Shown: piece by piece, positions 52,361 to 62,318 of the stretch | How positions within the stretch are numbered: the stretch's first letter is position 1 | How the letters are laid out: the number at the start of each line of letters is the position of its first letter | Assembly: GCA_963790305.1 (NCBI GenBank) | Contig: CAWBOC010000005.1 | Coordinates: 640,001 to 704,000 of the forward strand | Length of the DNA: 64,000 bases | From: an uncultured Gemmatimonadaceae bacterium | GTDB taxonomy: Bacteria > Gemmatimonadota > Gemmatimonadetes > Gemmatimonadales > Gemmatimonadaceae | Reading direction: 5' to 3' | Program-made: the position numbers and the translations under genes | Notes under the pieces: generated by a model | Seen by the model: only the letters and a program-made list of their open reading frames with translations | Told to the model about the DNA's origin: nothing | Database searches by the model: none

Positions 52361-55300
52361 TATTGCTCCTTCACCCTCAACGCCTCCAGCCTCCTGCGGA
52401 CTTCCGCGACGCGCGGCTGCAGATCGGGATCGGCATCCTTCCACAGGGTGATGAACTGCGTGTAGTACTCGGCTGCCTTTCCCGCGTCACCTCGCTCCTC
52501 GTACAGTGCGCCGAGGCGGCGCAGCGTGGACGCGAGCCATGTGCCGTCGAGGTGGCGCGTCAGCCTGCCCCAGGTGGGCGTGTGGATGTAGCGCTCGTAC
52601 GCCGCGATCGCGGAGTCAGGCATCTGGCCCATCTCGAACGCCATGCCTAACAGGGGGTCCAGGCAAATGCTGCAGTCGCTCGCCGGACCGTCAGGGTAGC
52701 TGTCGCCCAGCCGTAGCTCAGTAATCGCATCAGTGGGACGATGCTCGGCCAACGCAATGAGGCCGAGCATCGTACGGCGGCCGGGCTCTCGCATCCGGCG
52801 CATCGCGCTGTCCGTCACCTCGGCGTCGTACCGGGCGAGGGTCGCACGTGCCTCTTGCGGCCGTCCGGCAATGGCATTGAGCGCGGCCACATCGAAGTAC
52901 GGCCGGCGCTCGAGATCGATCGAGGTCAGCGGCGTGCGCGCCAGCGCAGCATCGAGCCGCCGGATGCCAGCCGCTGGCTGCTCGCGCAGCCAGATATCGT
53001 CCGCGGCGACCATCAGCGAATCATAGAGCGGAAGCGGCGGAACGCCGCGTGCCTCGAGGAGCCTCTGCTGCTCCGCCCGCAGCTGCATGCTCTCGCGCAG
53101 GCGCCCCCGCACCGCGGCGAGATCCGACTGGATGCTCACCGCCGCGATGCGGGCTTGAGCGTCGCTCGACGACCGCTCCTCCCTAATGAGAAGGAGGAGG
53201 GAATCGGACTTGCCCTCCTGATACAGCCGGGGGATGACGTTGAGCGAGAGACCTGGAATGGTTGGAAAGCGGCGTCGCATTTCCGTGGCGACGGAGTCCT
53301 GCGCGAGAAGCTTGCCCTGATCGAACAAGGTCGACTGGAGGTTCCCGTAGGCGATGGACGTGGCCTGTTCCGAGGCAATCGCTCGCCGATAGGCGTCTTC
53401 CGCCTTCTCGAACTCCCGCTTGCTGCGATAAATGTTGCCCAGGTTGTTCAACGCCGCGCTGTTCGTCGGGTCGATCTCGAGCAGCTGCTCGTAGGCGGCA
53501 GCGGCGCGCTGACGGTCGATGACGCGACCGGTCCCGTAGTACGAGCCCTCGGTGAGGAGCCGCTCGCGATCGGTGAGGCGGTCTCGAAACCGAAATGCGC
53601 GATTGAGCGCGGTGTCGGCGGAGCCTAACGGACCGATGCCGCTGTTGCGATGGGCCACGCCGAGCTTGCGGTACGCCATCGCGAACGCGGTGTCGAGCTG
53701 CACCGCCTGCTGCAGGAGCGAGATCGCGCGGGGATAGTCGCCCTCGACATCCATCGCGCGCGCGCCGGCCACGTACTTGCGGAGCGCGTCGAGGGACGGG
53801 GTCGTCACCTGCGCCAGCGGCGGCGCAGCGCGTACGGTCTTCAGCGACTCCCCGATCCGGCCGCGCAGCTCGCGTGAGAGCTCATCGAGGGCAGGAATGA
53901 GATCGCGCGGCGATTCGGCCGTCTCGCGAAAGGCCGCCAGCTCATCACCGCTCTCGGCGGCGCTCAGACGGAGCACGATGAGGAAGCCATCCCCCACGGC
54001 GCTGATCTCGCCGTGCAGCACCGCCTCGATTCCTTCGCGGACGGCGACCTCGCGCGCGAGCTGAAGATCCACTCGCGCGTTCGGCGGTCGCTCCATTCGG
54101 CGCAGCGCGGCCGTGACCGCGCTCATCGAAACGACTGACACCGCCTTCGACTGTCCCAGCTCGGTGCGCACGGCCTCCGACGCAATGTGCCCCAGCGAGG
54201 AGTCGGCACCCGTCACGCGAAAGTCGGCGACGAGAATGCGGTCATCATCGCTCAGCTTGCCGGCGGCCAGCAGCGATCCCGCCGGTCCGATCCCCATGGC
54301 GCGTAACGCCATGAACACCCCGACGACGAGCACGAACGCAGCGAGCGTATATGCGCCCCCGAGGGCCGCGCGCCGCCAGGTGAAGTGATGACCCGCCTTC
54401 ACCGCGATGGCCTCGACCCCCTTCGGCGCTGCGAGACCGCCGCTCGTCGTCATCCTCGGCGTCATCGTCGCCAGCCGGCGCGACACGCGATGCATGTACG
54501 CCGTGGCGATGATCACGGGCAGCCCGAGCGCCATGACGATCAACGCGCCAGTGAACACCCAGTCGGGCAATCCGATTCCTGTGACGGCGACTCGCGCGAG
54601 TATCGCGACGATCGCAAACGCGATCACGTACGCGACGAGCGCGCCCTTCCACGCGCCGGGGCGGCCGAGCAGCATCGCGGGCATCGCCGCCAGCGTGTCG
54701 CTCGTCGGCGTCGCATCGAGTGTCCGGCCAACCTCGGCCGCCGACGCCGGGCGGTGACCTGGATCCTTCTCGAGCAGGCGCATGACGAGATCGCTCAGCG
54801 AGGCTGGCGCGTCCAGTCGAAGCTCACCGACCGGACGTGGGGCCTCGGTGAGATGCGCCGCGAGCATTCGCTGCGGCGACCGATCGTGGAAGGGCGTGTG
54901 GCCGGCGAGCAGCTCATAGGCCAGACATCCCAGCGCGTACAGGTCGGCGCGATGATCAATGGTGGGGTCGCCGGCGGCTTGTTCGGGCGCCATGTACGCC
55001 GGTGTCCCCAACGACATCCCGATCTGCGTGAGCGTGCCACCGGGCGCCTCACGAGAGGCCGAGAGGGCCTTCGCGATGCCGAAGTCGGTGACGACCGCGG
55101 TGCCGCCGGAGAGCAGCACGTTGTCGGGTTTGATGTCGCGGTGCACGACGCCGCGCCCGTGCGCGAACTCCAGGGCGCGCGCGACGTCTCTCAGAATGCT
55201 CATGACGTCCGCGAGCGGCAGCGCGCCATCGGCGTCGAGCCGCGCGCGGAGCGATTCCCCTTCCACGAACGGCATGGTGTACCAGGGAATTCCATTCGTG

Positions 55301-55551
55301 TCGCCAGCGGACAACACCGGAACGATGTTCGCCTGCTGCAGAGAAGCGGCGACCTGAATCTCCCGCTCGAACCGCTCGGCGTTGATGCCCGCGGCGAGCT
55401 CGCCGGCCAGCACCTTCACCACGACGCGTCGCCGCAGCCGGTTCTCCATCGCCAGGAACACCCGCGACATCCCCCCACCGCCGAGCTCGCGCTCGATGAG
55501 GTAGGCGGTGCCGAGAGAGGACTGAAGCTGGGTTGCGAAGTCGGAGGGCAC
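52360..55551 (-). CDS. Hanks-type Ser/Thr protein kinase with TM region and TPR repeats
   Basis: LGGGGMSRV, VVVK, HRDIKPDN, DFG, GTPAYMAPE, TPR C-terminus (W.DADP.LQP). Confidence 0.95.
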   Translation of the reverse strand: MPSDFATQLQSSLGTAYLIERELGGGGMSRVFLAMENRLRRRVVVKVLAGELAAGINAERFEREIQVAASLQQANIVPVLSAGDTNGIPWYTMPFVEGESLRARLDADGALPLADVMSILRDVARALEFAHGRGVVHRDIKPDNVLLSGGTAVVTDFGIAKALSASREAPGGTLTQIGMSLGTPAYMAPEQAAGDPTIDHRADLYALGCLAYELLAGHTPFHDRSPQRMLAAHLTEAPRPVGELRLDAPASLSDLVMRLLEKDPGHRPASAAEVGRTLDATPTSDTLAAMPAMLLGRPGAWKGALVAYVIAFAIVAILARVAVTGIGLPDWVFTGALIVMALGLPVIIATAYMHRVSRRLATMTPRMTTSGGLAAPKGVEAIAVKAGHHFTWRRAALGGAYTLAAFVLVVGVFMALRAMGIGPAGSLLAAGKLSDDDRILVADFRVTGADSSLGHIASEAVRTELGQSKAVSVVSMSAVTAALRRMERPPNARVDLQLAREVAVREGIEAVLHGEISAVGDGFLIVLRLSAAESGDELAAFRETAESPRDLIPALDELSRELRGRIGESLKTVRAAPPLAQVTTPSLDALRKYVAGARAMDVEGDYPRAISLLQQAVQLDTAFAMAYRKLGVAHRNSGIGPLGSADTALNRAFRFRDRLTDRERLLTEGSYYGTGRVIDRQRAAAAYEQLLEIDPTNSAALNNLGNIYRSKREFEKAEDAYRRAIASEQATSIAYGNLQSTLFDQGKLLAQDSVATEMRRRFPTIPGLSLNVIPRLYQEGKSDSLLLLIREERSSSDAQARIAAVSIQSDLAAVRGRLRESMQLRAEQQRLLEARGVPPLPLYDSLMVAADDIWLREQPAAGIRRLDAALARTPLTSIDLERRPYFDVAALNAIAGRPQEARATLARYDAEVTDSAMRRMREPGRRTMLGLIALAEHRPTDAITELRLGDSYPDGPASDCSICLDPLLGMAFEMGQMPDSAIAAYERYIHTPTWGRLTRHLDGTWLASTLRRLGALYEERGDAGKAAEYYTQFITLWKDADPDLQPRVAEVRRRLEALRVKEQ

Positions 55552-55626
55552 GGGGAGCCAAATCTAGAAGCGAGAGCGACGTGCAGCCAGCAACGCCGTA
55601 CGGCCACACGCGCTACATTGTGTCCG

Positions 55627-57216
55627 GTGGAAGACTTCGCGGCGCTGCTCGCCCTCATCGGGATCGTCATCGTCGTCTCCTCGCTGGTCTCCGGGGCGGT
55701 GGAGCGCACTGGGCTGCCACAGGTCGCGATCTTCCTCGCCCTTGGTGCCGGGCTCGGCCCATGGGGATTGGGTCTCGTCAATGTCAGCCTCGATTCGCCG
55801 ACATTGCGTGTCATTGCGGTGCTGGCGCTCGTCCTCGTGTTGTTCAGCGACGCGATTTCCGCCGACACGGGCGCGTTGCGAAAACAGCGCGGGCTCGCCC
55901 TCCTCGTGCTCGGCCCCGGTACACTGATCGTCGCGGCGCTCATTGCCGGCGCAGCCCATCTGCTTCTCTCGTTGAGCTGGGCCCACGCGGCAATCCTGGG
56001 TGCCGCGCTCGCATCGACCGATCCGGTGCTGTTGCGCACGGTACTTCGGCATCAGCGACTCCCGGAATCCACGCGGCTCGCGCTACGCATGGAAAGCGGG
56101 ATGAACGACGCAGTGCTGCTGCCCATCGTCGTCATCGCGATGCATTTCGCACCGCTCCCACCGGTCGCGATGGAGAGCAGCCTCGCACGCAGCATGGTGG
56201 GTCTGTTCGTGCTCGGACCGCTCATCGGAGGGTTCGTTGGGTGGCTCGGCATCATCGCGCTCGTTCGCGTCCGCGATCGCATCGGGGTGCGTCGCGACTA
56301 CGAATCGCTGTACGCGCTCGGCATCGCGCTGACCGCGTTCGCGCTCGCTGAGCGCGTTGGAGGCAGCGGCTTTCTGGCGGCGTTCGCGGCGGGGCTGGTG
56401 ATCGCCGTGCAGGACCTCGAGCTGTGCGACTGCTTTCTCGAGTACGGCGAAGCGACCGCGGAGATGTTCCTGCTGTTGACGTTCGTCGCCTTCGGCGCCT
56501 CGCTGTTGTGGACGGGCCTCGACGCGCTGGATGGACGCACCCTCGCATTCGCGGGGTTCGCGTTGATCGTCCGTACGGCGACGCTCTATCCGGTGCTCGC
56601 GCGCGCGGGTCTCGATGCGCGAAATCGCCGCCTCATCGCGTGGCTTGGTCCGCGAGGGCTGAGCTCGCTTCTTCTCGTGCTCCTGCCGGTGTTCGCCGGG
56701 ATGCCGGGTGCGGCCGGCCTCTTCACGATCACCTGTCTGGTCGTCCTGCTGTCGGTGATCGTGCATGGAAGCGGCATCGCGATCTGGCTCAGGCGCGATA
56801 CGAGGGAGAAACGAGGAGGGCGGAATGAGGACGCTCGGGGCAAAGAAGCTCCCGTGCCGGCGGTGTCATCCGGCGTCGCCGACGCTACGCCCATCACCAT
56901 CGATGAGCTTCGCCGGCGGCTCGAGCACGGCGACACCGTGCACATCATCGATGCGCGCGCCGACCGCAACTGGGAGCAGGACGATCGCGTGGCACGCGGG
57001 GCGATCCGGCTCTCACCTAACGATGCGGTGCGAACGGCGAGGGAGCTCGGCCTCGACCGTCACGGGTCGCTGGTGGTGTACTGTGCCTGACCCGACGAAG
57101 CGACGAGCGCCCGTGTGGCGCGCGAGCTGATAGCGGCGGGCTGGGCGGACGTACGCCCCCTGGTTGGGGGGTGGCGCGCGTGGCTCGATGCGGGACTTCC
57201 CACTGATCCCAAGTAA
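55627..57216 (+). CDS. CPA1/NhaP-type cation:proton antiporter fused to rhodanese domain; in-frame TGA (57088-57090) probably selenocysteine
   Basis: LFSDA, ASTDPV, ESGMND, GPRGLSS; IIDAR..ARGAI..LVVYCA*PDEATSARVARELIAAGWADVRPLVGGWRAWLDAGLP. Confidence 0.85.
57104..57124 (+). promoter_or_regulatory. Candidate bacterial SECIS hairpin
   Basis: GCGCC-CGTGT-GGCGC; loop starts 21 nt after UGA with G at 2nd loop position. Confidence 0.6.
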
Positions 57217-57222
57217 TCCCGA

Positions 57223-57286
57223 TTGACATTGTCGGGATTGCTGCCTAGCATCCCGCGTTCGCGCTAGTTGAAATCGATTCTCAACT
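57223..57286 (+). promoter_or_regulatory. sigma-70 promoter and Fur-box-like palindrome
   Basis: TTGACA-17-TAGCAT; AGTTGAAATCGATTCTCAACT (57266-57286). Confidence 0.7.
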
Positions 57287-57293
57287 GTCCACC

Positions 57294-59660
57294 ATGCTCC
57301 GCTCTACCGTCATCGCGTTGGCCTGCGCCTTGGCCGCCTCCCCCGCCGCTGCCCAGCAGGCGCTCACCGCCAGCCTTCCGTCCATCGCGAGCGCCGACAC
57401 CACAAGGGTCTACCGCTTCGACATCCCGGCCCAGCCGCTCGGTGACGCGCTCGCCGACTTCGCACGGCAGACCGGCCTCGAGGTCGAGCTATCGGATCCG
57501 ACCGCCAATTCGGTTCAGGCCACCGCCGTCAGTGGCTCGCTCACCGCGCCCGCGGCGCTTCGCGCGCTGCTCGCCGAAACCGGATTCGACGCGCGGTTCG
57601 AGAACGCCGAATCGGTGCTCGTTATGCGCCGACCGTCGAGCGACGCCGCGCCGCGGGAGCTGGCCCGGGTCGTCGTCACCGCCGATGCGGCCCGCGGTGC
57701 GAGATACACCGCCCGCCGGAGTGCGACGGCCACACGGACCGACGCCGAGATTCGCGACGTGCCGCAGGCGATCACGGTACTCGGTCGCGACCTGATCGAC
57801 GACCAGGCGATGCGAGGCATGGCGGACGTCGTGCGCTATGTTCCCGGAATCACGATGGGGCAGGGGGAGGGACACCGCGATGCGCCGACGATTCGCGGCA
57901 ACAGCACCACCGCGGATTTCTTCGCTGATGGCGTTCGCGACGATGCCCAGTACTTCCGCGACCTCTACAACATCGACCGCGTGGAGGCCTTGAAGGGGCC
58001 GAACGCGATGGTGTTCGGGCGGGGCGGCGGTGGCGGCGTGATCAATCGGGTGACGAAGGAGGCGACGTGGACGCCCACGCGTGCGTTCACTCTTGCCGGC
58101 GGCTCGTTCGAGCACCGCCGCGCCACGCTCGATGTCGGTGATGGGTTTGGCCGAAGCTTCGCCGCGCGGCTCAACGGCATGATCGAGGATTCACGTCAGT
58201 TCCGCAATGCGACGGGACTGGAGCGTCATGGCGTAAATCCAACGGCGACGATGCTCGCCGGGAATACGCTCGTGAAGGTCGGGTACGAGTACTTCGCCGA
58301 TCGCCGCACGGTGAATCGAGGCATCCCGTCATTCCGCGGAGCACCATCCAACGCTCCGATCGAGACGTTCTTCGGCGACCCGAACGCCAGCCGCTCCCGG
58401 CTCGTTATGCATGGGGGCAGCGCGATGGTCGAGCGGACGTGGGGGACCATCACGCTCCGAAATCGCAGTCGCCTCGTACGCTACGACAAGTTCTACCAGA
58501 ACGTCTTTCCCGGCGCGGTGAACGAGGCCGGCACCGACGTCAGTCTCTCCGCCTACAACAACGCGACCGATCGGCGAAGCCTCTTCAATCAAACCGACCT
58601 GGTGTACGCCTTCGGCACTGGGCGCGTGCGACAGACATTCCTCGCCGGCGTCGAGCTCAGCCACCAGCGGTCGGACAACTACCGCACGACCGGGCTCTTC
58701 GACGGAACGGCGACGTCGATGCTGGTGCCGTTCGCATCGCCCACCGTATCTCCGACGATCGAGTACGTGCAGAGGCCGGCGGATGCGAACAATCGCGTCA
58801 ACGCGGACGTCGTGGCCTTCTACGCGCAGAACCAGGTGTCGCTCGGGTCGCATTGGCAGGCGATCATCGGAGCGCGCTACGATCGCTTCGACCTGAGCTT
58901 CCACGACTATCGGGGCGGAGAAGATCTCACGCGTCTCGACGCGATGGTCTCGCCTCGTGTCGGTCTCGTGTTCAAGCCGGTCGAGCCCGTGTCGCTCTAC
59001 GGATCGTACAGCGTGTCGTATCTTCCCGGGTCGGGCGACCAGTTCGCGTCGCTCACTCCCACGACTCATGCGCTCGAGCCGGAGGGCTTTACCAATCGCG
59101 AGGTCGGGCTCAAGTGGGACCTGCGCCCCGTACTCGCGCTGACAGCCGCGTGGTATCGCCTCGATCGCACGAATACCGCGGCGCCCGATCCCAACAGCAC
59201 GACGCGACTGGTCCAGACGGGGCGCCAGCGCGGCACCGGATACGAGCTCGCTCTCGCCGGCGACATCGTCGGAGCATGGCAGATCGCAGCGGGCTACGCG
59301 TCGCAGAAAGCGACGATCCTGAGCAAGACGTCAGCCGCCGAGGCAGGTGCGACGGTCCCGCTCGTTCCGCGTGAGACATTCTCGCTCTGGAACCGATATC
59401 AGGTCGTTCAACGCCTGGGTGTCGGCCTCGGCGTCATCCATCAGTCGCGAATGTTCGCCGCGATCGACAACACGGTCACGTTGCCCGGTTTCACGCGGCT
59501 CGACGCGGCCGCCTTCGTGACGCTCACCCCGTCCATGCGCGCGCAGCTCAACGTCGAGAACGTGCTCAACGAGCGGTATTACCCGACATCGCACGGGAAC
59601 AACAACATCGGTCCCGGTGCGCCGCGGACGCTGCTGTTCTCGTTGGCTCTTACCCCTTAG
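57294..59660 (+). CDS. TonB-dependent siderophore receptor with N-terminal STN signalling domain
   Basis: FDIPAQPLGDALADFARQTG; ATRTD..DVPQ; RVEALKGP; NVENVLNERYY; GAPRT. Confidence 0.93.
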   Translation: MLRSTVIALACALAASPAAAQQALTASLPSIASADTTRVYRFDIPAQPLGDALADFARQTGLEVELSDPTANSVQATAVSGSLTAPAALRALLAETGFDARFENAESVLVMRRPSSDAAPRELARVVVTADAARGARYTARRSATATRTDAEIRDVPQAITVLGRDLIDDQAMRGMADVVRYVPGITMGQGEGHRDAPTIRGNSTTADFFADGVRDDAQYFRDLYNIDRVEALKGPNAMVFGRGGGGGVINRVTKEATWTPTRAFTLAGGSFEHRRATLDVGDGFGRSFAARLNGMIEDSRQFRNATGLERHGVNPTATMLAGNTLVKVGYEYFADRRTVNRGIPSFRGAPSNAPIETFFGDPNASRSRLVMHGGSAMVERTWGTITLRNRSRLVRYDKFYQNVFPGAVNEAGTDVSLSAYNNATDRRSLFNQTDLVYAFGTGRVRQTFLAGVELSHQRSDNYRTTGLFDGTATSMLVPFASPTVSPTIEYVQRPADANNRVNADVVAFYAQNQVSLGSHWQAIIGARYDRFDLSFHDYRGGEDLTRLDAMVSPRVGLVFKPVEPVSLYGSYSVSYLPGSGDQFASLTPTTHALEPEGFTNREVGLKWDLRPVLALTAAWYRLDRTNTAAPDPNSTTRLVQTGRQRGTGYELALAGDIVGAWQIAAGYASQKATILSKTSAAEAGATVPLVPRETFSLWNRYQVVQRLGVGLGVIHQSRMFAAIDNTVTLPGFTRLDAAAFVTLTPSMRAQLNVENVLNERYYPTSHGNNNIGPGAPRTLLFSLALTP

Positions 59661-59664
59661 TTGT

Positions 59665-59864
59665 TTGGAACCGCAGATGGCCGCAGAGGGCCGCAATACC
59701 TGCAACGGCTTTTGACTCCATGCAAGATGAAGTTCCCAAGGTTTCTTGGCTACACCTACGCGGAATCAGATCGGGCGCCAGAGCCATCTGCGTCATTTGC
59801 GTTCATCGGCGCCTGCCTTCGCCGTTGAAGTATTGCGGCCATCTGCGGCCATTTGCGGTTCCAA
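59665..59864. repeat. 200-bp element with ~45-bp terminal inverted repeats of CCGCAGATGG units
   Basis: TTGGAACCGCAGATGGCCGCAGAGGGCCGCAATAC ... GTATTGCGGCCATCTGCGGCCATTTGCGGTTCCAA. Confidence 0.8.
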
Positions 59865-59918
59865 TCGGCTCGTTGCGCAACAAGAGCAGGAATGCGGCTT
59901 GCTGAAGAGGTCCGCACC

Positions 59919-61646
59919 ATGACATCACCAGGCATCACCGACCTCGCGGAGGGGTTCACCTCCCTTGGCCTCCGTCCCGAGGTTGTCGAAACGCTCACGT
60001 CCCTCGGGTACGAAGAGCCGACGCCCATCCAACGCGAGGCGGTGCCGCTACTTCTCGAAGGACGCGACGTCCTCGGACAAGCGGCGACCGGCACCGGGAA
60101 GACCGCGGCGTTCGCGCTGCCCATGCTCGAGCGCATCTTCACCGGAGCGCCGGACGGGGGGCGTACCCGCGCGATTCGCGCACTTGTGCTCGTTCCCACG
60201 CGCGAGCTCGCGATGCAGGTCTCGGAGGCCGTGCATCGGTACGGAAAGTCGTACGGCGCGCGCGTCCTTCCCGTGTACGGTGGGCAGGCCATCGGCATGC
60301 AGCTCAAGGCCCTGCGCGCGGGCGTCGACGTCATAGTCGCCACGCCCGGTCGCATCGTCGACCATCTGCGGCGCGGCTCCATTCGCCTCGACAGCGTGCG
60401 CTTCGTGGTGCTCGACGAAGCGGACGAGATGCTCGACATGGGCTTCGCCGAGGACCTCGAGGCGGTGCTCGAGGCGCTCCCTACGGAACGCCAGACGGCA
60501 CTCTTTTCGGCGACGATGGCGGGACGGGTCGCATCGATCGCCGAGCGTCACCTCCACGAGCCGGTGCGGATCGCGATCGATCGACAGAGCGCTACGTCCG
60601 GGCAGCTGCCGCGCGTGCGACAGGTTGCGTACATCGTGCAGCGTCGCCACAAGGCCGTCGCGCTCGGCCGCGTGCTCGACATGGAGAATCCGACGTCGGC
60701 GATCATCTTCTGCCGCACTCGCACCGAGGTCGACGAGCTCACCGAAACGCTGGCTGGACGCGGATACCGCGCCGAAGCGCTGCACGGCGGACTCTCGCAG
60801 GAGCAGCGCGACCGCGTAATGCGGCGCTTCCGGGAGGGTGCCACGGAGCTGCTCATCGCGACCGACGTCGCCGCGCGAGGCCTCGACATCGAGTCGGTGT
60901 CTCACGTCGTGAACTTCGATGTCCCTTCGGCGCCTGACGGGTATCTCCATCGCATCGGGCGCACCGGGCGTGCCGGCCGTGAAGGTGTCGCGATCACGCT
61001 GGCCGAGCCGCGCGAGCACCGCCTGCTGCGGAACTTCGAGCGCCTGACGAGACAGAAGATTCAGGTCGAGACGGTTCCGACGATCGTCGATCTGCGCGCT
61101 CGTCGTCTCGAGGTGCTGCGCGGCTCATTGCGCGAGACGCTGCTCGGCGGCGACCTCGAGCAGCATCGCGTCGTCGTCGAGTCGCTGGCCGAAGAGTTCG
61201 ATGTGCTGGATGTGGCCGCCGCGGCGGTAAAGCTCGCGCACGAGGCGACCGCCGGCAGCTCGCGCGACGCTGAAGCCGCCGAGGAGCTGCCGATCGCATC
61301 GATACCTGTGGAAGGCCGAGCGCGCGAGACGCGCGATGGTCGCAAAGCTCGACCCAGCCGCGCGGAGGGTCGTCCGCGTCGCGAGCGGCCGTTCGCCGAC
61401 GCCGACGTCACACGCATTTACATCGGATTGGGTCGAAAGGCCGGGATGCGTCCCGCTGACCTCGTCGGGGCGATCGCCAACGAAGCAAAGATCGACGCGC
61501 GCGCGATCGGGGCGGTTGACATCGCCGACCGGTTCTCGCTGGTCGAGGTGCCGGATGAGGCGGTCGACGAGATCATTGGGGCCCTTCGCAACACGACGAT
61601 TCGAGGGAAGAAGGTGGTCGTGCGGAGGGACCGCGGCAGGAACTAG
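59919..61646 (+). CDS. deaD: DEAD-box RNA helicase (DeaD/CsdA-like) with DbpA RNA-binding domain
   Basis: Q motif PTPIQ, ATGTGKT, PTRELA, DEAD, SAT, ARGLD, HRIGRTGRAG; RPADLVGAIANE. Confidence 0.92.
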   Translation: MTSPGITDLAEGFTSLGLRPEVVETLTSLGYEEPTPIQREAVPLLLEGRDVLGQAATGTGKTAAFALPMLERIFTGAPDGGRTRAIRALVLVPTRELAMQVSEAVHRYGKSYGARVLPVYGGQAIGMQLKALRAGVDVIVATPGRIVDHLRRGSIRLDSVRFVVLDEADEMLDMGFAEDLEAVLEALPTERQTALFSATMAGRVASIAERHLHEPVRIAIDRQSATSGQLPRVRQVAYIVQRRHKAVALGRVLDMENPTSAIIFCRTRTEVDELTETLAGRGYRAEALHGGLSQEQRDRVMRRFREGATELLIATDVAARGLDIESVSHVVNFDVPSAPDGYLHRIGRTGRAGREGVAITLAEPREHRLLRNFERLTRQKIQVETVPTIVDLRARRLEVLRGSLRETLLGGDLEQHRVVVESLAEEFDVLDVAAAAVKLAHEATAGSSRDAEAAEELPIASIPVEGRARETRDGRKARPSRAEGRPRRERPFADADVTRIYIGLGRKAGMRPADLVGAIANEAKIDARAIGAVDIADRFSLVEVPDEAVDEIIGALRNTTIRGKKVVVRRDRGRN

Positions 61647-61770
61647 GGATCAGGAGTCAGGGGTCAGGGATCAGGGGGTGTCAGGGTTTAGGTGACAGGA
61701 GCTGACGCGCGCATTCCTGCCCCCTTCACCCTGACACCCCCTGATCCCTGACCCCTGACTCCTAGCTCCT
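61644..61770. repeat. Palindromic heptamer element family A, copy 3
   Basis: Same arms as 39732 and 46726; begins at the deaD stop. Confidence 0.88.
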
Positions 61771-61869
61771 GGTTTCTTGTTGCTCGCGCCGCGGAAAGAC
61801 CATATTTTGGCCAATTACCGCGGGGGGTAGACACGCGTCATCTCCGTACCGCGAGGAGGAGGATCCAGC

Positions 61870-62052
61870 GTGGTCGAAGTGAAGTTGGACGACGTCGATC
61901 GTATCGAGTGGGCGCTCAAGACTTTCAAGAAGAAGGTCCAGCGGGCGGGCGTGCTCCAGGATCTGCGGCGCAAGCGGCACTACGTGAAGCCGAGTGAAGC
62001 GCGTGCGCAGAAAGCGGCGGCGGCGCGCCGGCGCAAGCGCTCCCGCGGTTGA
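61870..62052 (+). CDS. rpsU: 30S ribosomal protein bS21
   Basis: IEWALKTFKKKVQRAGVLQDLRRKRHYVKPS; GAGGAGG RBS. Confidence 0.93.
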   Translation: MVEVKLDDVDRIEWALKTFKKKVQRAGVLQDLRRKRHYVKPSEARAQKAAAARRRKRSRG

Positions 62053-62070
62053 CGCCAACAGCCAGGGTGA

Positions 62071-62100
62071 AACGGCCAGCTTGCGCTGGCCGTTCGCTTT
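62071..62100 (+). terminator. Terminator-like hairpin
   Basis: AACGGCCAGC-TTGC-GCTGGCCGTT then CGCTTT. Confidence 0.6.
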
Positions 62101-62318
62101 GGTAACCGGCACGTCTCACTCTCACGACGACGCTTGCGCTTGCGTGTTCACCTTGGCAACATATGGCACTCCCACCGCGCTCGGTTCCAGCCGAAGGAGC
62201 GCACCAGGGCGACGACGCCGTTGCCCGCCTTCATGCCGGCCCCCCTGCCGGCTCCAAGTGATGCCACCATGTACGCGGCACCACCATCCTCGATGATCTT
62301 CCTGCACCAGCGTCTCGG

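Noticed and set aside
54385..55626. N-terminal ~410 aa of the 901-aa ORF
   Set aside because: Antisense shadow of the Ser/Thr kinase; antiporter-like sequence begins at GTG 55627.
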